A DNA stretch of 63,126 nt, filler included, from Atractiella rhizophila (lineage: Eukaryota): assembly GCA_021432655.1 (NCBI GenBank). It is 5 parts of 4 records of this genome, joined end to end, with 100 filler letters (N's around TTAATTAATTAA, not from the genome) between each part and the next. Parts side by side here need not be neighbours in the genome. Positions count along the whole stretch, not along the records: positions 23,429 to 45,427 come from MU271672.1; positions 45,528 to 59,144 come from MU271676.1; 3 more parts are not named here. One strand, written 5' to 3'. Position 1 is the stretch's first letter. Each line of letters opens with the position of its first letter. The notes beneath the pieces are model-generated. The model saw nothing but the letters and a program-made list of their open reading frames with translations. It made no database searches and was not told the origin of the DNA. Below, in pieces: positions 36,604-47,514 of the stretch. The position numbers and the translations under genes were made by a program.

Positions 36604-38243
36604 ATGGATACTCGAACTTGCTACAACTGCAATCAACGTAGGTTTCGTTGGACTCCAGCTCCAGGTTATGATTACCAAGACCCGAATCCACTGGACAAAT
36701 GATTGTCATCGGCTTCGGTGGAAGCAATCGATTCCTGGGTTGAAAGAACGAAAATGGGAGAAGTGGCAACAACCATCGGGAGGTGGGAGTGTCAGCTTTT
36801 TCCAGTTTCTTTCTCGCGAAGACGAAGACGATCGTCCCGTCTTTACTCCTCATGGGAGATTTAATGGGTTTTAATTTTTTTTTCGTTCGTCCGGTCGCTT
36901 TACGTCACTGCCCACATGGACGGACGTGAACGACTTGTGGAAGTTTTTCTGAACGAAGGCTTTGAAGGAGTCGAGTTTTCTTTGTTTCTAGATCGAAGAC
37001 GTTTAATAGTTTTTTAAGTGTTGGGATGGGGAGCGAGTGGGTGACGATCGCTGTCAATACTCTAGCTTAACCAATGACCAACCTTTTTCTCAGCCACAAT
37101 TGCGGGTAATGCGTATCTTTGAACCTCAACCTTGTAAACTTGTGAACTTGAACTTAGCCTTAGCCTTAAGTGTTGTGTGATGGGGACGGAACTGACGAGG
37201 GGTGTTGGGTGTGCGATGCGATGTGTGGACGATTGACGGTGACGAATGACGGTATGAATGACGGGGACGATCGATTGTGACTTGCGGATGGGGTGTCGTG
37301 TGTGATGTTGTGGATTGATGGCTGCCGATGTGGTGAACTGTGGATGAACTGACCTGCAGCTGGCCACACCGCCGCTTNNNNNNNNNNNNNNNNNNNNNNN
37401 NNNNNNNNNNNNNNNNNNNNNNNNNNNNNNNNNNNNNNNNNNNNNNNNNNNNNNNNNNNNNNNNNNNNNNNNNNNNNNNNNNNNNNNNNNNNNNNNNNNN
37501 NNNNNNNNNNNNNNNNNNNNNNNNNNNNNNNNNNNNNNNNNNNNNNNNNNNNNNNNNNNNNNNNNNNNNNNNNNNNNNNNNNNNNNNNNNNNNNNNNNNN
37601 NNNNNNNNGCCTGTCAGAAGAAGGCAAAGAGCTAATAGCATGCTGATGTAGAGGGACTGCCCTGCTGGCGGTAACGCTGGAGGATACGGAGGCGGATATG
37701 GCGGCGGCAGTGCTGGAGCTTGCTACAAGGTGTGTTTTCAGTTATCCTGCTCGAGCTGTGGGACTCACGACAAATGGGGCACAGTGTGGAAAGCCAGGAC
37801 ATATCAGCAGAAACTGCACATCTGGAGGTGGTGGAGGATACGGTGGTGGAGGATATGGAGGCCAGAAGACGTGCTACGTTCGTGTTCTGCCTACTTCTTT
37901 TTGTGCCGCTAAAAATGAATTAGACTTGCGGTGGTGTTGGTCATCTCAGCAGGGACTGCGTCCAGTCGGCCAAGTGCTTTAACTGTGGACAAGACGGCCA
38001 TATTAGCGTGAGTACCCTTGCGGTCCATTGCTTCATTGCTACTACAGTCACGGTTTTGGTTATGGGTTCTGACATGTGGTTATTGGTGATAGAGGGATTG
38101 CACCTCTGGACCTCAGCAAAAGGCCTGCTACACCTGCGGTCAATCTGGTTAGTTTATCCGCATGATCTTGGATCAATAACTGAGTGATATGCCATATAGG
38201 TCATCTCTCCCGTGACTGCCCTCAAGCCGGTGGAAGCATGTAA
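36604..38243 (+). CDS. GIS2: CNBP/Gis2/Byr3-type CCHC zinc-knuckle RNA-binding protein
   Basis: Exon 1 MDTRTCYNCNQ splices across 36638-37359 to PGHTAA. Later knuckles: CYK/CGKPGHISRNC, CY/TCGGVGHLSRDC, CFNCGQDGHIS/RDC, CYTCGQS/GHLSRDC, with GGYGG linkers. Part lies in an N-gap. Confidence 0.88.
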
Positions 38244-38677
38244 TCCCTCGAACATCGCGAGAGAATCATCTTCCTTTTTTCTCTACTCTGATTCATGGGA
38301 GCTTATGTGTCCACAAACAAGCGTTTCCTTTTCCTCATTCTCCTCCCATGCCAAAATTTGTTCACAACATTTTACTCCATAAAATGATGCCTTGACCATG
38401 GCCATGTATCAACTGTTACCTTACCACTTCTTGTGCTTGTAATGAGATGGAGGATGGGTTGGATAAGGCGATTATGGTTCCTCCTTTGAGCTCCTTTGAG
38501 TTATGAGATTATCCACTGGTTGCAGTTGTGAGGTGTAAACCCTTCACTGACAGGTTCGGAGAGCAAACAAGGTCTTGATTGACCTGCTTGTTGGCTTAAC
38601 CCTGTCTTCCAGCAACTTCATTCTCCTCCACGTCTCCTTTATCCTCACAAGTGATCTCTCCCATCCTGACAACTTGA

Positions 38678-40436
38678 ATGGTCGCAACGATTCAAGCGGC
38701 TCGTCGTGACGCGGGTCAGCTTATTACTAGGCAAGATCCGAGCACTGTCTCTGGATGCCTTCTTCTTATCCTGCCTCATCCTCATGTAGATTTATGGGCT
38801 CTGTAGATACCAACCTCGACCGCACTCATCAATCTCATCACCCCAGTAGATCACCCCACTACAGTGCAGCTCTCCATTCTTCCCTCTTTCTTGTCTTGCC
38901 TACCTTCGTCATTCCACACTCTCCGGATCTCTTTTGGGTTACCTCGACATGTCAACCAACTTCAGTTTCGACGGTCGAGATTGTCCTTTTTCTCCGTTAG
39001 ACTTAGCGACGACGGAGTTGAAAACGATGGTGTAGTGAATCTTTGGATCATTTTCGAGGAGAAAAGTTTCACAGTATCATTTGAGGAGGCCGAATGGCAA
39101 GCACCGATCGATTTGAAGTATGCCTCAAAGCTCTTCACCTGCACCTTCCCTCTCCTCCCAGAAAATCCCACACAGCCCATCTTCACTTCCATTGCTCAAT
39201 ATTCAGACGCCTCAAACAACCCTGTCCCTATCAGCCATGACGCATCATCACCCCTCGCCCCTCGCGGCGCTGTGATCGTCCAACTGTCGTCCTTCCCAAC
39301 TCCAGCACCGTGCCATATCTCAAGCCTGCCTGTGGAGCTTCTCTGCCTTATGTTCGATTTTCTCGATGACCCTGGTGAATGCTTCAGGATCTCCAACGTC
39401 TGCCAGCTCTGGAAGTTTGCATCTGTTCCTTTTTGGAAGGAGCCTGATTCTTTGAAAGAGAAGTATGCTCGTTTGCGACTCTATCCTTATGCCGGACGCC
39501 TATGGACTCGCTTGCGGCTTGAAGGGGATACAAATGTTGCGATGGTGAAGGAGATCATCGCTGGCTCACCGAATGTCACAGAAGTCTATGTGGATGCACT
39601 GTGGAATGCAGAGGAGAAAATGGTGGTGTTGAATGCAATCGAAGCCTTGGAAACGGTGGAAATCATAAGCTTTCAGACCTTACCGTTGGAAGAAGTGGAG
39701 CAACAAGGACGTGGTGAACTTTATGCGGAGGACGAGAGGAAGGATCAAGAAGCTTGTCGCTTTCTTTGTGGAAGACTTTTTTTCCTCCTCGGCCCCTTCA
39801 GCATCAGCAGACCTTCAATTACCTCCTGGTCTAACATTTCTTGACCTTCGACTTTACCCGCCTATCCCATCACTCTCGCTCCCAACCAGCCTCCTGCATC
39901 TGGCTCTCGTCAAAATGTGTCCCCTCCCTCCGTCTATCTCAACCTCTCCTCTTCCCCCATATCTAGAATATGTCGACATCAAACTTGCACCTTTCTATGC
40001 TGGTGGAGAGTTCTCCATTCTCCTTACTCCGCTCGACTTTTCGCAGCTCACAAACCTCACCGAACTCAAACTCGACGGCGGCGGGGAAACGTCAAATCTC
40101 GTTCACCCCAAGTTCTTCGGCACTCTCCAAAGTGCAAAGGCAATAAAAACAATCGGCCTGACGTATTGTGTGGTGGAATGGACGGGCTTCCCAGACTTCA
40201 TTTGCTGGTTCTTTGGCGATCGCCGGGAGACAGTCGAGGTGAGAGATGCGGCTGAAGAGTATGGATATGAAGATTCAGAAGAGAGGTCTTTACAGATAGT
40301 TTTATTGTTTGGAGAGTGGGATGAGGCGCAGATAGAGAACTCCAGGAGGACAATGAAAGACGTTGCCGCAAGACGGTTTGAGATGGGATCTGCAGGGGTT
40401 TGGGAGTCTGGCCAACTGCAACACGATTTTCTTTGA
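38678..40436 (+). CDS. F-box / LRR(RNI)-like protein, copy 2, with one frameshift near 39680
   Basis: ORFs 38864-39844 and 39711-40436 together align with 4143-5835 (ISSLPVELLCLMFDFL, YARLRLYP.AGRLW, LDGGGETSNLV, LLFGEWDE). Confidence 0.72.
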
Positions 40437-41976
40437 CAGTCAGTCGGAAAAAAACGACCGGAAGATTTCATACCCTCATATCGCAACGGTTAACCACAAT
40501 TGGAGAACTGCCGGAAACGATGGAACTCATGAGGTGATCTAGGTATATGTTACTAACAGCTCACCCTTACCCATAATGGTCAGAGCACACCTATCATGAC
40601 GGTAATTGTAGAATTGTCTTAATCTCCTAATCTTCTACATTAGATTAATAGGTCTGGTTATGGCACAAGCTGATGTCTAGGCAATCGTAATATTGATTGA
40701 ATAAAGATTCACTGGCACCGATATTTCTCCCACACCTCACAGGCTTATAGTTGTGATCCACGAGAAAAGCTCCGTATTCAACCTCAATTGAACAGGTCGA
40801 ATGATCTTCCAGAGCAGCGAGAAACTTCAAGTCTGACCCGAACATTGGCACATCGTCCAATTCCATCGACATGAATACCTTCGCTTCTAAAGTCATTGCG
40901 CAGATCTGAGCTGGTTCAGAGTGGATGGCAAATGTTCGCACACTTTAAGATGCATTTGAACGAGTCGAAGAGCTCTTGATGTGTCGAATCGAGCTATGTC
41001 AAGACGGCGGCCAATCGTGGAAGGAAGATGATGGAGTGAAATCAAGCTTTCTTTATGACCTTCAAAGCATTACTGTCCTTCCGCACGGCATGCTTGACAA
41101 ATATTCGGTTGGTTGAACGCTCAGTTGAGAGAGAAAGGCAAAAGAGTGGTGTTTCACAGGGAGGGACAGTCTTTGGTGTGTCTTCTGTACTTTCTTGAGT
41201 GTTTGAATTTGAGCATGATTCGACCAGAGTTTGGGGGTGGCTCCTGAGCGTGATTGAAGGGACATAAAACGCATGCCGCATGCTTGTTTCCTGTATAAAA
41301 TAATATTAGAATCAGCATATAGTTTTGGTATGGAGTACTTGCTCCCATGTCCCTCTTCACACACGATCAAACTGTCGATCGTGTCAACAACAGTCCTGTA
41401 GTTTCGTTTGAGGTGAGATGGCCGCTCGAATCTGAATACAATTGAATCATCAGCAAGCTACAGCCAGCGAAGACAAGATCCAGAGGTGATGTGGAGTGCT
41501 ATGATCATCAGCATTGGACATGCATGAGGCCACACATTCAGTTCTTGATACAGTCTAGAACGGACGGTGCTGTCTATCATACTATTCAACTTGCATGCAC
41601 AACACCGCGAAAAGAAAAAAAAACAACAGATCAAAAGATCACGTGATATTCTGATCGCTAATCTCCTGACATCCGACAGACCGAAGTCCTTCCCACCGTC
41701 TCTTCAAAAATCGTCTTCCATCAGTTGCAGAGCAGCCCCCTCTATCACCAGCCTCTCATCTAGTCAGTATCAGTAAGTGCTATCACCTTTGCAGATCCTC
41801 AACTGATTTTTATTTTTCCTTTTAGCCCGTGACGCGGATTCTCAGCGAAAGACGTCACAATCCAGCTTTTTTAGGAGCTGCATCTCATCACCTCCCACTT
41901 CATCCGATAATCCAAATACACATCAGCTGAAGTTACGCAATACCCAGCCAGACAGCTACATAGGCAGCGACGCAAC

Positions 41977-44900
41977 ATGCCCACCAACTACTCTTCTCAG
42001 TCCCTCGAAGACCTCATCGCAGCCTATGGGGAGTCTCAAAACACAGTCTGGATCGAAGACAAGTTCCAAGTCTGGAGACACCCTGAACTGGGCATTCCGA
42101 TCGGCTACGCGATCTCCAAAGACTACTGCATAACATGGTGCAATCCGCTCTGCAAGCCCGAAGACTACCCGGCCGCCACCAGCGCCTTCGTGGACTGGTG
42201 CACGAAGGAGAAGGGATTGAAACCGATCTGGGGATGTCTTAACGAACCGATGTCACAAGTCCTCGGAGGCTCTCCTCACAATTGGAGCGTCCTCAGTTGT
42301 ATCCAGGACGATCGACTTGATCCGACAAAGGTCGATCCCCTCAATGATAATAAAGCCGGAGTGAGGAGGCCGGCGAAGCATGCGGAGAGTGAGGGAGTGA
42401 GCGTTGTGAGGGAACCGGAGGCGCCGACTGGGAAGATTAGGGAAGGAATCGATGAGTGTTGTTTGGAGTGGAAGAGGGGGAGGAAGGGAGTTCAAGTCCA
42501 CACATCGAACCTCGAGCCGTGGAACGATACCGCCCACAGAGTCTATTATACTGCGAGGAGGAGCGTAGGCGACGACCCGAACAAGATCGTGGGATTCATG
42601 TTCATGACCAAACTCAGGGAGGGATATGTCATCAAGGACTGTCTCGAGTATCCTAAGCTTGCACCCAAGGGAACTAGCGAGCTCCTCATTCTCACAGCCA
42701 TCAAGGATCTCGGGAACAGGGGCGTCGACCAGCTCACGTTTGGTCCCTCTGCCGCCAAACAGATGACGGTCGTAGCCAACCTCAAGGGAATCAGAGTCAA
42801 AGGTCTCCAGGCGACGTACAACACGTTCGTCCTCCCTCCTTCCCGCTCTTTCCTGATTTGATAGTCGATTGGGTACACAGGATCGCTGATAAGATGGGTT
42901 TGATCAATCGCGGTTCTTTCCGTGCAAAATTTTCAACAACAGTTCGTCATTTCTCTATCGAGGGTTAAGGAAACTGACGCACAACTCATAGCCCAAACCC
43001 CTCTACGTCGCTTTCCCCAAAGGTGGAATGGGCTCTAAAGGCGTCTTCGCCCTCATGGCGGTTCTGAAATCCGTGCGTGCTCCCTCCCACCTTCCTATCT
43101 TGCCTCCTCGTGTTTAAATCCAACCAACTGAGAGCGGTGCTACGGGATGGCTTAGGATCCGAAAGAAGATGCGGAAAGGGCTGCGAAGAAGAATCAACAG
43201 TACGGAATTGGAGGCGAGGGAGGAGATGAGTCGCCTCCTGTCTTTGGGAAAGTCTCTAGCGATTTGCCCAATCATGGAATGATCAGTCCTTTCTCGTTCG
43301 TCTCCTTCACTCTTCCCCATCCCGTGCATCTTAGTAGCTGAACCTTGGCGCTCTGGTCACAGTGTGCCCGCTCTACATGTCGTCAGGGATAGGATGAGCA
43401 GGATCAGCAATTCGATCAGGAGGAAACCTAACGGGACAGTTAAGTCTAAGCCTTCGTCTAAAGTAGCGTGGGTCCCACCTCCTTCCTTCAAGAGTTTGGA
43501 GTGGATTGATGATGGCCGAAATTTTTTTGGTTTAGGAGCGGGACGGCGACCCCGAAAGAGGGGAAGGTGGCTAAGAACCAGTTGAAGAAGAAGAGAAGGG
43601 CAGAGCGGAAAGCAGAGAAGAAAAAGAAGAGGCAGGACGCTTTGAAGGAGAAGCTTGGAGATAAGTACGTGCCTCCTGGACAGGAACCTGGTATGCCCGA
43701 AGACGTCAAGAACGAGGAGGTTCGTCCTCCCACCTGTATGAGGACTGAAGTTGAGTCTTGGGTAAAGGACTTCTCCAAAGGCAAATACGGGTTCTTGCCC
43801 TCTAATCTCAGCTTTGCTGAGACACCTTCTGTCGGGAACAAGAGGTATAAGATCGAAGAGATGACGGAGGAGAACGACGGGAGGAGAGTCGTGTTCCGTG
43901 CACGGTTGGAGCACTTCCGCATCCTTGGTTCGCATTTCCTCCGTCGCGGTTCTCATTCATGAACTCTGATGATGATGCTCGATTCTGCGATCAGGATCGA
44001 AGATGGCCTTCATCATCCTCCGCCAGAGGACGTCCACCATCCAAGCCGTTCTTAAATACGAACCTCCGATGGTGAGCAAGAAGATGGTCCGGTGGATAAG
44101 CCACATTCCTCTCGAATCTATCGTTCTCGTAGACGGCATCCTAGGAAAGACGGATAAAGAAATCAAAACGACAACCATCAAACACATGGAGATTCGTGTG
44201 GGCTATGGTTCGTTCCTTCCCCTTTCTCTGAGCGCACGCTGAGAAAGTTTGCTAGTTGCACGTCATCGCAAAGGCATCTATGAGACCCGTCTTCGATGTG
44301 GAAGACGCAGCTAGGCCAACGGCGGAGACGAATAGGGTGGGTCTGTTGTCTCTCCTCCCGGTTGAAAGGTGGGAGGGTATGTTTGCAGCTACTAACAATG
44401 GCCTCCGTAGATTGATGCTCGCTTCCACTAAGATCAAGCTCGAGACGCGCCTGGATAATCGAGTGTTGGATTTGANNNNNNNNNNNNNNNNNNNNNNNNN
44501 NNNNNNNNNNNNNNNNNNNNNNNNNNNNNNNNNNNNNNNNNNNNNNNNNNNNNNNNNNNNNNNNNNNNNNNNNNNNNNNNNNNNNNNNNNNNNNNNNNNN
44601 NNNNNNNNNNNNNNNNNNNNNNNNNNNNTGATGTAGACCATTGAGAACCAAGCCATCTTCCGCATCAATTCCGGAGTCGTGAAGCTCTTCAGAACTTTCC
44701 TCGATGGAAAGGACTTCACGGAGATTCATACTCCAAAATTGCAGTTCGCAGCTACGGAGAGCGGAGCGAGTGTGTTCAAAGTCCAATATTTTAAGAGTGC
44801 GTTTTCCCTTCGTTCTTGATTCTGGTTGAGATCATACCTAACGTCCATCTCCGTATAAAGCGACGGCGTTCTTGGCTCAGTCCCCCCAACTTCACAAGCA

Positions 44901-45427
44901 GATGTGTATTGCAGCGGATATGGAGCGAGTGTACGAGATCGGCCCAGGTATGCCTCCTCATTCTTCCTTCTAACTTCATTTAAAGGATATGCATTTAGTC
45001 TTCCGAGCGGAGGATTCAAATACCCATCGCCACCTTACCGAGTTCACTGGCCTCGACCTTGAGATGGCATTCGAAGAGCATTATCACGAAGTCATGAATC
45101 TGGTTGACACCATGCTCAAGTTCATCTTTTCCGGCTTGCGGGAGCAATATAAGCGCGATATCGAAATCGTTCGGGAGCAATTCCCATCCGACGACTTCGT
45201 CTGGCTAGATGAGACCCTTCGCCTCACTTACCCCGAAGCCGTAGCTTTGTTGAGGGAGCATGGACATGAGATTGGGGATTACGAGGATATGAGGTTCTTT
45301 TCTCCTTCACAGAGCTCGAGCAGTTGTTGATGACTTCTCGTTGCGATAGCACGGAGAAGGAGAGAGCACTTGGTGGGATTGTCAGGGAGAAGTATAAGAC
45401 CGACTACTACATCATCGACAAGTTCCC
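41977..45427 (+). CDS. DUF2156 aminoacyl-tRNA transferase fused N-terminally to aspartyl-tRNA synthetase (ErdS-like, reversed domain order); 3' end in gap
   Basis: DUF2156/ErdS-type motifs [33 protein letters not shown]...[35 protein letters not shown]. Frame continues through introns 43073-43155, 43296-43362 and 43468-43535 into AspRS: FIILRQ (OB fold), [55 protein letters not shown]. Confidence 0.85.
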
Positions 45428-47130
45428 NNNNNNNNNNNNNNNNNNNNNNNNNNNNNNNNNNNNNNNNNNNNTTAATTAATTAANNNNNNNNNNNNNNNNN
45501 NNNNNNNNNNNNNNNNNNNNNNNNNNNAAGCTGGGCAGATCCAGAGTAGATTGGCAGTAACTCCCAACCTTTCAATCCCATGTAGCTCCCGAATTCGCAT
45601 GCAGATGAGTTCTCTTTTGCAACGTCTTCGTAACTGAAGACAGAGACTTCCATTTGTGATGGTGATGAGGGAACAAGGAGCACTTTACAAGTTCAGTAGA
45701 TGGCATGCTTCGAACTTCTGGTCATACAGCAACAATCCTCACTCCAGAGGATATATTTTCTTAATGTGCTGGATTCGGATCTCTAGAATACTCTAAAGCT
45801 GAATGGACGCCGTGATGCACATTATAAATGGTACGAGTGCTGTCAAGTGTCATTCCCAGTCGTTCTCCTCTTTATATTGTTCGGCTTCGTGATCTCACCA
45901 TAGACGTGTCGATGATACGCTTCTTTACAGTCTAAGAACATCTGAAGCAGCAAATACCCGAAGACAACAGTAGCAGATTAGATGATGAACGCTTTACGGG
46001 GCCAATATTCTATCTTATCAACGCTCATTCTACTGGCGATGAGACAACGTTGCAGATTCATAAGGAGTGAATAAGCCACCTGAGAACGGTCTAACTCACT
46101 TGACAACTCGTTCGATCAAAAGAGTAAGTGAGGAAATGACGTGTGTTCTCAGCCTTGTTCCTTTGTTTCTAGAATTTGCCTAGAATGTAGCCCTGTCATT
46201 CTTCCTTCTCACTGAATATTCAGACTAATACAATTTCTCATTCGATGTTGTTCACGTTGTCGGTTGCCCTACTACTATCATCCAAAAACAGAGTGGAGGG
46301 AGGGTTAAAGGTTAAACACTAAACAGTAGATTATTTCCACAATGTAATACCCCAAGAAGGTTCGCCTTATAGATATTCACCCAGAGTTTACCATCACGCA
46401 CTCGTCCCAGGTGAGAATGAATGCCGTGGGAGTGGCTGCACATAATGAGTACATTTGTGGCATTCACTGATGTGGCATTCATGCTGAGTAATGTCTATGC
46501 AAAGAAACGAAGTTTTTCGAATGCACTCGTTTCCAGCGAATACTCTCCTCGTGAAGATATTTCAGTATCTGCGTCGACTTCTTTCTACTGGACCCGGGAT
46601 TGCGAGCAATAGCAATTTATGTAGTGGTTGTCGTTCAAACCTTTCCTATACATACCGTCCTGTATTTCTGAGATATGACCCTCAAACTTGGGTGAAATTC
46701 ACTGCAACAGGAACAGTTATGCGCCAATGTTCCCATGCAACGCGTTCGAGCAGAGCTTACTCATAATAAAAACCAGTGGCATTGTATTAATGCTTCGATA
46801 CACAGCTACGAACCCAAGGAATGGGGAGTGATGCTACAACGATTCTTGAATCGGACTTGACCTCTTGAGAAAAACAGGAAACATTGTAAGCAGAGAACAA
46901 AAACAAGGGGTGAAAGCGAGAAGTATTAATATTTTAGACATGAATAAAATCATGCAATGGATGATTTAATGGCTGATGACAATCCGGAAGCGTGATGTGA
47001 GTGAACCAAAAGCATCGCTACCACTGGAATGGAAACTAAAAAACAAAAGTCTGAAAACTGTCAGGACAACAATTTGAACAAAGAAAGATATGAGATTGAC
47101 AAATGAATTCAGCTGAAATCCAAGCAACCT

Positions 47131-47514
47131 TTAATCGAGTTCCATATCCGCATCCATGTCAGTCGGCGGTACTTCATTCGATTCGTTTTCAAGATTCTCC
47201 ATCCACTTTTGCAAATGTAAACCCGTCCTCTCCATCGGGAGAAGCTCCAACAATTCCTCCATCAATCCATCTGGTTCGCGACAAATCGCTCCTCGAACCT
47301 CACTGGCATCTCGAAGTTCGCTGAGCGTGGATATGATGGGGTGCTGTAATAGCTCGTCGGCAGAAGTCCTGTCTTCGGGAAGGAAAGCAAGGAGCTGGGT
47401 AAGAAAGGCATAGAGTTGCGGTGAGAGGAAATGAAATTCGACTTCCTCGAGATTGGCTCGACGAAGTTTCTGCCATGAAGTCCCATTTTGAGGTAGAACA
47501 AGATTTGTAGCTGT
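47131..47514 (-). pseudogene. C-terminal fragment of a Wee1/Swe1-like kinase, fused in frame to Copia pol
   Basis: TATNLVLPQNGTSWQKLR matches the Wee1-family LP-x-NG-x-x-WQ-x-LR motif; PEDRTSADELLQHP is kinase subdomain XI. Confidence 0.7.
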
